64,000 nt of DNA from the human T2T-CHM13v2.0 reference genome, Homo sapiens. How positions within the stretch are numbered: position 1 is the first letter of the stretch; each line of letters starts with the position of its first letter. The DNA lies in assembly GCF_009914755.1 (NCBI RefSeq), contig NC_060942.1. One strand, 5' to 3'. This document shows, piece after piece, positions 14,567 through 36,801 of the stretch. The notes under the pieces were generated by a model. That model worked only from the letters and a program-made list of their open reading frames with translations, had not been told where the DNA came from and ran no database searches. The position numbers were made by a program, and so were the translations under genes.

Positions 14567-16593
14567 CTAGAGGAAGAAGTTCCGCCCTGAGCCCATTTTG
14601 GTGGCAGCTGCCCGTTTTGGTGGAAGTGTACTCTGGTCAGAGCCTAATGGACAAAGTCTACATGAACTGATGGTTGTGAGCCCTCTGACCGGGGCGTGAT
14701 AAGGAAGCTTCTGTCTGCTCAGGATGAGCAACTGGTGCACCCCATCCCAAAAAGGATCAAATAATCTATAAAGTAAATATTATCAGACTAACAACAGACT
14801 TCTCAGAAGAAACCTTACCAACAAAAAGAGATTTGGGGCCTGTTTTTACCCTTTTTAATGACAAATAAAAACAAAAACAAAAAAACTACTAGCCAAGAAT
14901 TTTACAGCCTGCCAAACTAAGCTTCATAATTGAAGGAAAAAATAGTATTTCTCAGACAAGAAAATGCTAAAGAAATTTGTCACCACCCGACCAGCTCTAC
15001 AAGAAATGCTCAAAGGAGTTCTAAACACGGAAACAAAAGGATGATACCTGCTAACCATAAAGATACACGTAAGTACAAAGTTCAAAGATCCTATAAGGCA
15101 GTTATACAATTGGGACTACAAAGCAACTAACAACATTATGACAAATACAAAACCTCACTTATCAATATTAACTTTGAACAAAAATAGCTTAATTGTTCTA
15201 CTCAAAAGACAAGATCCAAGCATATGCTATCTACAAGAGACCTATCTTCTGTGTAACGAGATCCACAGGCTCAAAGTCAAGGGGTGGAGAAAGATCAATC
15301 ACGCAAATGGAAAACAAAAAAGAGCAGGGGTTGTTATTCTTGTTATCAAATAAAATGGACTTTAAACCAACAACATAAAAAAAAAGACAAAGAAGGGAAT
15401 TATATAATGATAAAGAGTTCAATTCAACAAGAAGATTTAACTAGCCTAAACATATACACACTCAATACCAGAGCATCCAAATTTATAAAACAAATACTAC
15501 TAGACTGAAGACAAGACAAGCAGCCATACAGTAATACTGGGGGACTTCAACACCCCACTGACAACACTAGACAGATCATCGAGGAAGAAAACTAACAAAG
15601 AAACTCTGGAATTAAATCGGACTTTTGACCAAATGGACCTAATAGACGTCTACAGAAGATTCCAACTGACAACTACAGGATATACATTTTTCTTATCTGT
15701 GCATGGAACATTCTCTGAAGTTGACCATATACTGGGTCACAAAGCAAGTCTCAAAAAATTTTAAAAAGTCAAAATCATATCAAGGATCTTCTCAGACCAC
15801 AGTGGAATAAAATTAGAAATCAATACCAGGAGGAACGCTCAAAACCATACGAGTACATGGAAACTAAGCAACTTGGTATTGAATGACTTTAGGGTAAACA
15901 ATGAAATTAAGGCAGAAATTTAAAAAAATTTTGAAACAAATGAACACAGAAACACAACATATCAATACCTCTTGGATACAGCAAAAGCAGTGTTAAGAGG
16001 AAAGTTTACAGCACTAAATGCTTATATCAAAAAGACAGATCTCAAATTAATAATGTCACATCTAGAGGAAACAGAAACAAGAACAAACCAAGCCCAAGCT
16101 GGCAAAAGAAAAGAAATAAAGATCAGAGCAGATCTTTATTCTTTAAATGAAATTGAGACCAAAGAAATCATACAAAGAATCAACAAAATAAAGTTATTTG
16201 AAAACACAAACAAAATTGATGAGACTACTAGGCAAGATTAAGCAAGAAAAAGAAGAGATGATTTTAATAAGCACAATCAGATATGACAAAGGTGACATCA
16301 CAACTGATACCACAGAAATACAAAAGGTCCTCAGAGAATACTATGAACCTCTATGCACACAAACTAGAAAACCTAGAGGAAATGGGTTAATTCCCAGAAT
16401 CATACAATCTCCCAAGACTGAACAAGGAAGAAACTCAAATCTTGAATAGGTCATTAAGTAGTTACAAAATTCCATCAGTAATTAAAAAAAAAAATAAATA
16501 AACAACCAAATGAAGCCCAAGATAGCTGGATTCAAAGCCAAATTCTACCATATGCACAAAGAAGAGCTGGTACCAATTTTACTGAAACTATTG

Positions 16594-16594
16594 A

Positions 16595-16642
<48 letters not shown>

Positions 16643-16646
16643 TTTT
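16594..16646. repeat. A10(TA)15T13 microsatellite
   Basis: Read directly. Confidence 0.95.
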
Positions 16647-19038
16647 AAGGAAGAAAGATTCCTCCTTAACTAATATCATCCTGATATCAAAATCTGGCAA
16701 GGACATACACACAAAAAGAAAACAAGTCAATACCCATGATGAACACAGATGCAAAAACCATCAATAAAATACTAGCAAACCAAATCCAGCTGGACATCAA
16801 AAAGTCAAATTAATCACAATCCAGTGGGTTTTATTCCAGAAATACAAGGATGGTTCAATATTTGCAAACCAATAAATGTTACTCACCACATAAAGAGAAT
16901 TAAAAACCATATGATCATCTCAATAGATACAGAAAAAGCATTCAATAAAGTCCAAAATCCCTTCATGATAAAAGCTCTTAACAAACTAAGCACTGTAAGA
17001 AACATACCTAAAAATAATAAGACCCATATATGACAAACTCACAGCCAAAATCATATTGAATGGGGAAAAGTTGAAAGCATTCCCCCTAAGAAGGGGAACA
17101 AGACAAGGATGTACACTCTGCACTCACACCACTTCTATTCAACATAGTACTAGAAGTCCTAGCCACAGCAATCACGCAAGAGAAAGAAGAAAAAGCATCC
17201 AAATAGGAAAAGAGGAAGTGAAATGATCTTTGTTCAATGATGACAAGATCCTATACCTAGAAAACCTAAAGATTCCTCCTAAAGACAGTAGTCATTAGGA
17301 TAAATGACTTCAGCAGTTTCATGATACAAATTTAATGCACAAAAATCAGTTGTGTTTCTATACAGTCATAAAACTCAGGATGAGAACCAAGTAAGAACTC
17401 AATCCCATTTACAACTGCCACACACACACAAAATAAAATACCTGGAATACATTTAACCAAGGAGGTAAAAGAGAACTACAAAACACTGATAAAAGAAAGT
17501 ACAGACACAAACAAAAGAACAAAAAAAACCCACGCTCACAGATAAGGAAAAATCAATATAGTTAAAATAACTATATTGCCCAAAGCAATCTACAGATTCA
17601 ACAAACTATCTATCAAATAAATAATGTCATTTTCCACAGAATTAGAAAAAACTATTCTAAAATTCATATGGAACCAAAAAAGAGCCTGAGTAGCCAACAA
17701 AGTCCTAAGCAAAAACAAAGCCCGAGGCATCACATTCCCCAACTTCAAACTACACTACAAGGCTATAGTAACCAAAACAGCATGGTACTGGTACAAAAAA
17801 TAGACACATGAACAATGGAATAGAATACAGAACTCAGAAATAAAGCAGCATACCTGCAACCAACAGATCTTTAACAAAGTCTACAAAACTAAGCAATGGG
17901 GAAAAGGACTCCCTATTCAATAAATGGTGCTGGGATAACTGGGCTAACCATATACAGAAGAATGAAACTAGACCCCTACCTATCACCATATGCAAAAAAT
18001 TAACTGGAGATGGATTAAAGACTTAAAGATAAGACCTCAAAGTATAAAAAAATCCTAGAAGAAAACCCAGGAAATACCCTTCTGGACATCACCCTTGGCA
18101 AAAAATTTATGAGCAAGTCCTCAAAAGCAATGCCAACAAAAACAAAAATTGACAACTGGTACCTAATTAAACCAAAAAGCTTCTGCACAGCAAAAGAAAC
18201 TATTAGCAGAATAAATAACGTCCAAAATCTGAGAAAATACTTGCAAACTACACATCCGACAAAGGACTAATATCCAGAATCTAAAAGTAACTTAAATCAA
18301 GAAAAAAAATCAAATAATCCCATTAAAAAATGGGCAAAGGACGTAAGGTACTTCTCAAAAGATACACAGGCAGCCATGAAAAATATGAAAAAATACTGAA
18401 CATCACTAATCATTAGAGAAATGTAAATCGAAACAATGAGATACCATCTCATACCAGTTTAGAATGGCTATTTTAAAAGGCTATGGAGAAAACAGAACAG
18501 TTATACACTGTTGGTGGGAATGTAAGTTAGTTCAGCCAGTGTGGAAAGGAATTTGGAGGTTTCTCCAACAGATAAAAGAGAACTACCATTCAACCCAGTA
18601 ATCCCATTACTAGGTATGTACCCAAAGAAAAGTAAATTGTTCTACCAAAAAGACACCTGTATTCTTATGTTCATCACAGCACTATTCACAGTAGTAAAAA
18701 CATGGAATCAACCTATGGTGCTCATCAATGGTGGACTGTATAAAGAAAATGTGGTACATACACACCATGGAATATGACACGGCCATAAAAAAGAATGGTA
18801 TCATATCCTTTGCAGCAACATGGATGGAGGTAGAGGCCATTATCATAAGTGAAATAAATCAGAAATGGAGAATCAAATAGGCATGCTCTCACTTATAAGT
18901 GGGAGCTAAACAATGGGCATGCACGGACATAAAGAGGAAATAATAGACACTGGGCACACCAAAAGGGGAGAAAGAGGAAGGGAAGGAAGTGAGGGTTGAA
19001 AAACAACCTACTGGATAATATATTCACTATTTGGGTGA

Positions 19039-19755
<717 letters not shown>

Positions 19756-19767
19756 GAGAGAGGTACA

Positions 19768-23524
<3,757 letters not shown>

Positions 23525-23638
23525 TCAAATAGAGGACTAAGAGAAACGGCATTACTCTATAACTTCTTCTCTCATTCTCACTCATCCCTACCAATACAAC
23601 CCTGTTTTAAATTCAAATGTCATGAAAAGTTGGTGCTT

Positions 23639-25447
<1,809 letters not shown>

Positions 25448-27246
25448 AAAAATTGGTGCTTCTCAGAAACAACTAGGCCTCAAGTCAGAATTATATGTGT
25501 TCTATGCACCCTAACTTCCAAGGAAGAGACTGTTCTTGATGAACTTCAATTAGATATATATTGTATTGGCTTATCTAGTAGATCTTAATTTATAGTCATA
25601 TTCTCAGATTTCCACAAACTGTACTGTTTTGTGAAAGAGCTGTCTTGGGTTCAGGGTGTACAGAGTGGTCATGAAATAGCAAACTCAGCTACCCTGAATC
25701 ATTAACTTCACAGGGTTATATACTACAGTAAGAGGTGATTACGAAGCCAGATAGCAAATGTATCTCAACCTACCACAAAGGTAGCATTTTTAACTTGTTA
25801 GGTATTTCCTAGAAGCAATATGCTCTATAATCTGGGAAGGCAGATACAAGCAGCTGTTTCTAGTTCCAATGACATTACCATTCTCACAAATGAAACCATT
25901 CACAAAAGTGGACAAAGATGTAGAAAAATGACGACTTATTTTCAATAGGAGACAATAGACCATTCCTAATGGGACATATATTTTCTTTCAAGCAAAGGAA
26001 ACCTCCTGCTTAATACATTTTGTCATTTTTTGAACAGAAACCTTTTAACCAGAGATACACAGTGGCGTAACATGTTTCAGATGCACTTGCATTTACTATT
26101 GAAGAAAAGCCATGAAAAGTAGTAATAGTTATTTCTTTAAGTTTTTCTCATGTTAGAGCCTGAGAAATTCTAATTCATGGAGTGTATCAATTATTATAAA
26201 GACGTTTAATTTTATATTAAGATTTGAAAGGTTTTTTAATGAACATTAAGCAAGTCCACATATTTTCTAACTTTCCACAGGTTCCAAAAATAAGAGGAAG
26301 GAACCCAATTTTGAAATGTTGGTTTTAAAAAATTACAATATTTTTACATGAAATTGAGAGTAATTTCTGAACATCTTTACTTCTTTGTACCTTTGAAATA
26401 ATGTACATTGTGTAAAACACTGGGATGCTTTGGTTAGCACAGACTTAGAAAAATTAAGGATGTTCATAGTTACATTTCATACTTAGTAAATTCATATTAA
26501 CTAAATCTTTAAAAGATCCTCATATGCCCCTAATAGATCAAAAGCTCCTTAAGACGTAAGACCATGTTGACTTTATGGGTGAATGTTCAGCTCCTAGTAT
26601 ACTCTCTGAAATATAGAGATGGTTGTTTAATCCAAGTTTCCATTTATATTTATAGTAAATCATCATCTCCCTACTGCTACTCTCAGCCTCCAAGAAAGCT
26701 AGCTCTCTCCGACTAATGGTTCTAGGACAACTGGGGCCGGATAAATCTCTCTACATCAGTAAAGATCCCAGCAACTCAGCTGCTTCAAGAGACAACAGAC
26801 AGAAGATGTCTATACATTAAGTATTTAGTCAATAGCATTATAAAGCACTCTGAAACAGAAAGAGCAGGATTTTTTTAAAAAGTACTTTGAAAGAGAACAG
26901 AAGATCACAGCTGAAATAGGGAGAATGCATTCCTGCTTGAATGCATACAATCTATCTGGCCTTTCACAAATGTGATTTAGTTTAACCTAACCAAAATTTG
27001 GATAAAATTACAAATTTTATAAATAAAAAAACCCCGAGGCTCAGAGAAGTAGCTTGACCAAAGTTGTGAGTAGAAGATCAAAATTTATAGCCAGATTTGT
27101 CTAAATCCAAATCTCACGCCCTTACCAATACATTACCTCAGAACAAAATTTAGTTTTTAAGATCCTTTTTAAATAATAAAAATGGACAAATGACACACAT
27201 TTATAAAATAAATAGCAACTTTTCATTGTAAAGCAAATGCACTCAC

Positions 27247-27378
27247 CTGCCCTGCTTTACTAAATCGATGGCCTGCCAATATCATATGAAATGCATATTT
27301 TCTAACCATGGGACTTTTCATGTTTATAAAGCAATGTGCTGCCTGTTCCAAAAGAAGTGCACTTCGAAGATCAGAATC
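27247..27378 (-). CDS. TRAPPC8: TRAPPC8 coding exon (probably exon 12), 132 nt, DSDLRSALLLEQAAHCF...GHRFSKAGQ
   Basis: Acceptor attcactag|GAT; donor CAG|gtgagt; phase 0 to 0. Confidence 0.95.
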
Positions 27379-29263
27379 CTAGTGAATGTTTAAAAGAGAA
27401 AAAGGTTAGTTTCACCAAGTTAAAAGTAAATAGATAACTAGTGAAAAAAACATTTAATTTCTTAATATATAGCATATCCAATGTTTAACTTAAGAGTATA
27501 TGAGGGCAAAGATCAAGGGGAAAACCAATCTTGATTTTTCCAATAAACACAAAATTCTTTTAAGCTTTGAAAACATCTTCTACCATGAAATACTTAGCTT
27601 TTCATAAAAGCCACATGTCTGGTTATGATATGTGCCATGTACCAAATCTGTGAATAATTGCAATCCTTTCTCAAATGGCAAAAAAGTATGTAAACTACAA
27701 ATTTAATACAGGTATACCGATAAAAAATAAACCAGAAAACATTTACACCAATCGAATTTCCTCTGAAAATTGACTTGTTGGCATATTTTCATCCACCCAA
27801 GAAAACATGTACATAGATTATGAAATATTCTAATCTACTATTTCATTCTCTGTAAAATTTTACTGCATTTAAAGGAATCCTCAACTTTTGCTATAATTCT
27901 AGAGGGCCAAATCGACTGCATTTCATTAAAAAGTTCACAATGCTTCTACTTCAAAGATTTTCTTTTCACCTATTATTACATTAATAAAGAATACAACTCA
28001 AGTAAGTTTCCACTTCAACTGAATCTTACAGTACAGCATCTACAAAACCACATACTACATTACGTCACTGCCCTTAAGACAAATCTTTTGACTGAAAGAG
28101 TCATCACTTTACAGATAACTGAGAAAGTACTGAAGGTTGCTGATTAAATATCAACAACATTTTCACCAAAACTTTCTCCAGGTTTTTAGCTGTTCTCAAG
28201 CTGAACTTACCATGCCCTTCCATGTGTTCTGCTGCCATTATTTTCCCCAGGGAAAGTTGAAAACAGAAAACATTGACTTTAAATGCGATAATCTCAACAA
28301 ATTATAGTTACATCAAAAGTGTTCACAGACCATTGATTAGCATAAACTGTCTCTGCGTCAATCATAGAATTATACTAGAGCTGAAACAGACTCGAGGAAA
28401 TCATCTAGAAAGCATTCAGTAAATGGCAGCTATTATCTATTTCATCCTCCTCCTGACAAAAACTAAATGATTAGATGATTGCTCTAGTAATTAAGATCCA
28501 AAAGCTAGTAAGTAAAAAAGTCAGAAATATGTAATTAATGAGTGGTTCTTAAAAACGGGTTTGTGTCAGAAATACTTAGGGGAGCTTGGGAGCCTATTTT
28601 ATTTTTTAGAAAAATGTTTTCTTTTTAGAAATTATTAATACAAACTAATTTTTTTAAAAAGAATACATGTTTGAAGAAAAAAGTGAACATCTTTCCTAGC
28701 CCATGCTTCATGTCATTTGCCAGAGTAACTATTCTTTACAGCTTAATAGTGTTGTGTCATGTCACCCCTCCTATATATGTATGTGCATGTGTTTACATGC
28801 CTAATACATATGCATTTTTAAAAATACACATATATTTTGATACGTAAGTGGTATTTATATGGAGTACCTTGCTTTTTTCACTTATGTAATGGACATCTTT
28901 CTAAGACATCTACATCTGTCTCATTTATTTTAAAGCTACACTGTCTTCCATTATATAAATGTACCCTAAATTACCGATTGTTTCATATTTTGTTACTACA
29001 TAAAATGATTTGATAACTATCCTTATAGAAACATTTGAATAATTATTCAAATATTTTTAATAGAGAAATTTCTGGAAGTAGAACTGTGGAGTTAATGAAA
29101 GCTATGCATATACTACTTCAGATTCTAATCAATATAGCCAAACTGCTACAAAAAAAGTAGCACCAATACATACTCTCATCAACAAAGAATAAGAGTATAT
29201 GTGTTCCACTCTACTCAGCCAAAAATCTTTAAAATTTTTAGCTAATAAAATAAAAATGACACC

Positions 29264-29593
<330 letters not shown>

Positions 29594-29892
29594 TTAATCT
29601 TTTCATATGTTTAGGGGATTTTGTAATTTTCCTATGAATTGCCTGTTTATGCTCTTTTGTGAATGGTTTGTTGCGATTTTCTGCTTTGTAAGAGCCCTTG
29701 TATGCTCTTAATATTGGTCCTTTGTGATATATTTTGCAAATAGTATTTTCCAGTTTTGACATGAAAGAGTTTATTCTTTTGCAGGGAAGCACACTCTCTT
29801 TGCCTTTATAGTGTCAAGATATTACATCAAACTAAGAAAGGATGTTATCATTCCAGGACTTTAAAAAGTGCTCTCCTAGTATTTGCTTCTAG

Positions 29893-29923
<31 letters not shown>

Positions 29924-29942
29924 CGTGTGCCTGTGTGTGTGT
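29893..29942. repeat. (GT)n(GC)n compound microsatellite
   Basis: gtgtgt...gcgcgcgcgcgtgtg read directly. Confidence 0.95.
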
Positions 29943-32900
29943 TACCCTGGTTTCATTTTTTATTATAGCTTAATCAAGCCATAATATATTAAAACACAAT
30001 GAATAAGCTAAGATTCCAACCCAAACAGCTGGTTAGATATCACAATACCATTTTGTGAGTAAGTTAACTTTCTCCACTGATTTTAAATGATACCTTAATC
30101 ATATGCAGTATTTAAATTCTCATTCCAGCCCATTAATATGTCTATTCTTATCACTGTATAGAGTTTTACTTTCTGTAGCCTTATATTTTAATAGCCATAT
30201 TTTAATATCTAAAATAGGTAATTCTCCCTAATTATTGTTTCTATTTCAGAATTTCACTTAGGCCTCAACAGAGTTCAGTTTTTTAAGTGCTGTAATTTCT
30301 TAAGTCTATTCTTAGCACACTGCACATATGCATGCATACATACACACACACGAAAAAATAAAATAAAATAATATACACACACACACTTTTTTACTGCCTA
30401 TGAAGCTTCACTAAACTGCAAAACCTGGATGGGCAGCAATCCTGGACATTCTCATAAGCTAAGAATATCCCCTGAGAATATTTAATGGTTTGCAAATGAT
30501 TCTAACGCACAATCCAGTTAAAAACCAAAATGAGAAACCCTTAGCATTCCCAAATTTAACACTCAAGAACTGACCAACTGAAGGCAGATGTGGAAGTCCA
30601 TGGCCTTCCATGGTATTAATTTGGCTGAAACAAAATTTTGACTCTTGCATGTGGAGAATCAGTTTCTAGACTGACTGAGAATCAGTTTCTAGAGCTGAAT
30701 ACCATGTTTTCATATCTTGGTCCAGCTTTATTCTTCATTGGACCCTGACTCTTACTGTGACACCCAAAGTGGTAAAAACATTGTTTTGAGAGGAGGAAAA
30801 TTGCCCTGAAAAGAATGACAACTGGTATCAGTGTTGATGGAAGAGAAATAAAAGGATTTTTACAAAGTGATGGTTTTATCCAGAAAGCAAAGGCTTTAAA
30901 TGAACTGAAAGATACAATTTTAATACAGTGGTGTATTTCATACTATCGAATAACAAGTTTTGTTTATGTTCTATAAGAAACTAAGAAAAAAAAATCTGTT
31001 GATAGCACTTCAACAAGAACTCTGGCCTATGAAAATTCTCCACAACCAAGAGATAATTTTAACAAAAGATAAAAAGATAACAATAACTTAAAATATGAGA
31101 GTATGTACAGGAAAAAAAAAATCACCTGAGGTAGAGGCCTCAATTAACATTTCAATAAAAACACAGTTGATAAAGCCACCAGTTGCAGCTAATTAACTGA
31201 ATCAAACATCAAACAAAAGATGGCTCTAAGCTTTTAAGATTTCATCTCTGCATACTTGTGAAGTTAACAGGAAAGGTGCTATCAGCTGATAAATTTCCCA
31301 TAAGACCAGTTACTCCTAAGCTGAAGAAACTTACAAAAAACTGGTATTAGCATCCCTAGAAACTGATTTTTCATATTTAAAATAGTAACAGAAAAAATGG
31401 GTTATAAGACCAGAATAAGTGTTCAACACAGAAACAGACACAAGTAGGTATGTCTTAAGCACCAAATTCATATACATCCTATGCGGTGATAAAGGTAGCA
31501 TGTTTCACCATTAAACTGGGTTTGCTCTGCCATTCTGAGAATCCCAGGGCATAAAACAAAAAATATGATTCACTTGACCAAAAATTTGCAGTACACAAAG
31601 TCAAAGCACAGCTCCTCCTTTTGCCTAGGCCTCATTAACTATCTTTTGCTATGACGGTATTAGCAAAAATCTAGGGAACACAGCTCAGGAATGTCAAGAG
31701 TATGTAACTCAATTCTCCAGCTTCAAAACCAGTGTACATCTCTTGATATTATACAGCCTTTCTAGTTAACAAAATACATACAGTAAATGTAAATTGTTGG
31801 TAAAGATTTAACATAATTTATAAACATGCCTAATAATCATTAGTCTCAAGTTATCTCAAAGAAATTTATGAAAGGTATAGCAGAAAAGGCCATTAAGAAT
31901 CACGATTTCTGGGTACGTGCACCACCACCTGCCCCCTCTCCCCACCACATGGCAGCAAATAACAATGATACATTTTCTAGACTTTCATGATAAAACAAAT
32001 CATCCAGATTTGAGAAAGAAAAGTGGAAACAAAGAGTTGGAAAGAAGAGAAAAATGACAAAAAATAACACGGTTATAATGCAGACAGGAGAACTTGCTCT
32101 GAAGAAATTTTATTCACATATGTGGATAGAATGGCATATTGAAATCATTTAAGCAAGGAAGAAAAAAAGGAATTTTATTGAAGCTCCTGAACCATAAATT
32201 CTTTTTACATTCACTGATAATCCTTAGGTTGAAGAACACGGCAACACATTCAAATCCAAGTTAAGATTATTTATTATAATAGAGAATATCAAAATACTCA
32301 AAAGCCTTATTCAGCTCTACAAATAGTTTGTCTGTTATCTGTTCATATTTATTAGTCAGTGTCCATGCAATAACAATTATTAAACATTTTAAATATCACT
32401 TCTGAACCTAACTAGTTAGACCTTACAGAAACTTTTGTAGAAGAATTAATGGTTCAGTTACAACAAACACTTGTAGAGCATCTAATCCATGTGCCAAGGC
32501 CAGTGTTAGGCAACAAGAATAAAAACAGAAGGCAACACGGTTCCCTGCCCTCAAGAAGCTAACAGCTTAAGAAGCTTAAACATAATTTCCAATATAATAT
32601 AATATGACAAGTCAGGTTTTACAGCATTGTATGAGAGAGAAGAACAGAGACACTTAGGACAAACAGGTGTATTAGGAAAGACTATCTGAAGTACACAACT
32701 GGTATCATGACTAGTAAATTAGGCAAAGCAAAAGGAAAAAGGCCGCAGTCCCAAAGAGAAAATATTAAGAATGAGAACTAGAACAGTAGAAGTTTAAGAA
32801 AAACCAACAACAAAAGAAAGAGAGAGAAGTAAACTATTTGGAGATACAAAAAGAAAATATATTTTTAAAGGTTAAAATTGTTTTAATTAAATAAATAATG

Positions 32901-33134
32901 TTTAAGAGCTTGAAAACAAAAATTACTCCCATCCCCACCCCCACCTCCATTCTGCACTGGATTACAGACAGGATATGAGAATACAGGAATATCTCAAGCC
33001 ATTTCTGCCTTGAGCAAATAGAGGGCTAGTTAGTGATAACATAATTTAAGATCATGATATATTAGGTAAAAAATTTTATGGGTTTATTTATATGTTAATT
33101 TAAGATGCCTTGGAAACACGCAAGTAGATAAATC

Positions 33135-33451
<317 letters not shown>

Positions 33452-34297
33452 TAAAGACAGTTGGCCATACAAATCTAAAGCTCAAGGAAAGGTCAGGGTT
33501 GAAGACAGATTTGAAAGTGAAAAGCATGGCTGTGAACAAGATCATCCCCAAAACGTAAAGAGTTAAAAAGTGCATTGGTCCAAGGATTAAAATCCTAGGA
33601 TAATTTAACATTTAAGGAGCAAACAAAGGAGGTGTTTGATTTTGTTCCTTCGTTCTTCAGTATTCATCTAAAAAATGTGTTATTAACAGTACTTATAAAG
33701 GAATTACTACCATTCTTTACAAGCCTGCAGTCAATGTAACTCAATAATATTTGTTGTAAAATCTTCAACAACTATAAATGAATTACTTTTTTCTCTTTTA
33801 AAATATTCACAATATAGGTTTTTTAAATGTTTAAGATGATTTTCTTAAAAAGTTCATGCTAGTTGAAAGTAAAACTAAAAATTCCTCAGTGATTAATCTT
33901 TTAAAATTAGCTTTATCTCCCTAGCAAGCAGACTCAGATAACAAAATATGAGTAACAAAAAATAAAATATCATTTTATATTAGGAACAATGCACATGCAT
34001 ATTGTTTTCAATATTCTTATTCAAAGGACAAAACGTAATAAGTCACAGAGTATGCTCAATACATGTCTGTAGTTAATAATGAAATGTAGGCTTAAAATAT
34101 GTAAATAAACTTAATTTATAAAAAATTACATTTAAAATTAACTCAACAAAAAACTAAAATAGCCATGTTGTAAATTCCCAAAGACAGATTTCCCTGGCTA
34201 ATTTTATGTTTTGTAAAGCCTTTCAAGAAAAAAGATACATCTTTTTAAAAAAAAAAGAACAATGCTAATTAAAGCAAATACTACACAGTTTCAGTAC

Positions 34298-34403
34298 CTC
34301 ACTGGTCAACCGTATTAGGAGAGCTGCAGCCTCTGAATATTTGCTTTGGCTTTTTAAAAGTTCAGCACTAAGCAACACACATCTTTCAGCCAACACCATA
34401 TTC
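34298..34403 (-). CDS. TRAPPC8: TRAPPC8 coding exon (probably exon 11), 106 nt, NMVLAERCVLLSAELLKSQSKYSEAAALLIRLTSE
   Basis: Acceptor tttctatag|GAAT; donor GAG|gtactg; inside ORF 34265..34486. Confidence 0.95.
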
Positions 34404-34489
34404 CTATAGAAAAAAGGACAAGAAGATAAAATAGCACAATAATACCTTAGCACATCAAAGTAAATGTGTTCAGCAAAAGATTCCAATTA

Positions 34490-34816
34490 CAGTTTTAGAG
34501 GATAGTTGCAGGGAGATGGTTCCAGGACCCTCCAGGATACTAAAATCCAAGGTTTGTCAAGTTCCTTATATAAAATTGTATAGCATTTGCCTATTAACCC
34601 ATACACATCCTCTTATATAATTTAAATAATCTCTATATTACTTATAATACCTACTACAATGTAAATACTATGTAAATCATTGTTATACTTTATTTTTTAT
34701 TTGTATTTTAAATTTTTGTATTGTTATTATTTATTGTTGGTTTTTTCCCAAATATTTTTAATCTGCAATTAGTTGAATCTGCAGATGCAGAACCTGCAGA
34801 TACATAGGGCTGACTG
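34490..34816 (+). mobile_element. MER2-like TcMar-Tigger non-autonomous DNA transposon
   Basis: TA|cag...ctg|TA ends; ggttccaggaccc...aaaatcc and gttgaatctgcagatgcagaacctgcagatac...gggctgactg terminal motifs. Confidence 0.8.
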
Positions 34817-35774
34817 TAAAAAGAAGAAAAGAAGTCTATGTCCTTGTTTTGCACCTACCAAAAAGGTTTTTTAAAAAAATCTTCAAAGACTTCTTATAAC
34901 TCATCAAAACTTTTCATTATCATGTAATTTGGCAGTAAGAATACAATGCAAAGTCATATCTCCTGCATGCAAAAAAGCTAGAACTGGTTCCAGAACCTAT
35001 TTAACAAAGTCTGCTTTGAACAGAAAAATATAAACATGTCACACATTATTTCTTTCTCCTTCCCTATGCAAATTCTGACTGTGTTTCATTTTGCTGGCTA
35101 CTTTGAGAAATATTTAGGTATTTTCCCCCTGGTAGTACCATTAGGATATTTCTGCTGGAGATGGCTTACAGCCAGCGTTGTCTGATTGATTCCTGATCCA
35201 ATTTTAGTTTTTTTTGTAAAAACATAATCAGTTGATTTTGTGGACTACTACATCAGTAATCTAGAATTAGATTATCCATTTTAGAAAAGAATAAAAACAA
35301 ATGAAAACATTCTTACTATGAAATTACAAGATGGAATCCTATTGCTGGCAAACAGCAGCAAAAGTTTTTCTTTTTACTTTCTAATCCTTATAGAATCAAA
35401 AATATCACTTGGCTTTAAAATTATTAATATAACTAAAGCTTGCTAACTTGAATTTACTTTGGAAACCCATTCTAAACGATGAACAGTATTTATTTTTGAA
35501 ACACAATTTACTCCTTTCAAAAATTCAAAAATTACTATACTGACTTGTCATAAACTTTCTACAAATCACACCTTTTCTTGGAGGTTAGATATTTATGAAT
35601 ACCTAAGACTGTTTTGATGAACACAAAAGACTAACTCCTATATACTAGCAACTACTTATATAATAGGTTCAGTTCTTAAAGATTTGTCTTCAGTAAATTT
35701 TATAAACTCCCTTAAATCTTAACACTTATTTTACTTATTTATGTTTGATTCCAAAACCATTTATCCCATATGGT

Positions 35775-35930
35775 CAATTACTTCAGTTTCCTCATCTGTA
35801 AAATGAGGATAACAATAGCATTCACGATTTCAGAGGTTTGTTATTAAGACTAAATGAGCATATAGATTTCTTCTGCATGGTGGCGAATGCTGAACACTCA
35901 AAAAATGTTTATTATTATCTTATTAATGAT
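35775..35930 (+). mobile_element. MIR fragment
   Basis: Core tcagtttcctcatctgtaaaatgaggataac. Confidence 0.7.
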
Positions 35931-36150
35931 GTTGTTTTGTTCTAACCATGTTACCATTACGATGACTACTTTTACTTCAACATTATAGGGGTCTTATAGG
36001 GGTCAAAATTGCCTCTATATCTGCCTTCCAGTGCATCTATTCTGAAACAACAGATAAGTCGGATTAATCTTTCCGAAAAATAACTTTTATTACGTCAACT
36101 CTCTACTCAAATATTCGGTAATTTTCCATTTACTACTACGTAAGTCTTCA

Positions 36151-36801
<651 letters not shown>

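Noticed and set aside
15138-18900. Functional reverse transcriptase/endonuclease gene
   Set aside because: L1 ORF2 is broken by many stops, frameshifts and a microsatellite
28205-28390. Candidate cryptic exon with strong donor ATG|GTAAGT (28211) and acceptor near 28380
   Set aside because: Short pyrimidine tract and no coding or other support; such motifs occur by chance in long introns
30387-30790. Non-repetitive stretch next to a T run, considered as a retrocopy or snoRNA host segment
   Set aside because: No recognisable parent, TSD or box C/D or H/ACA architecture that I can support
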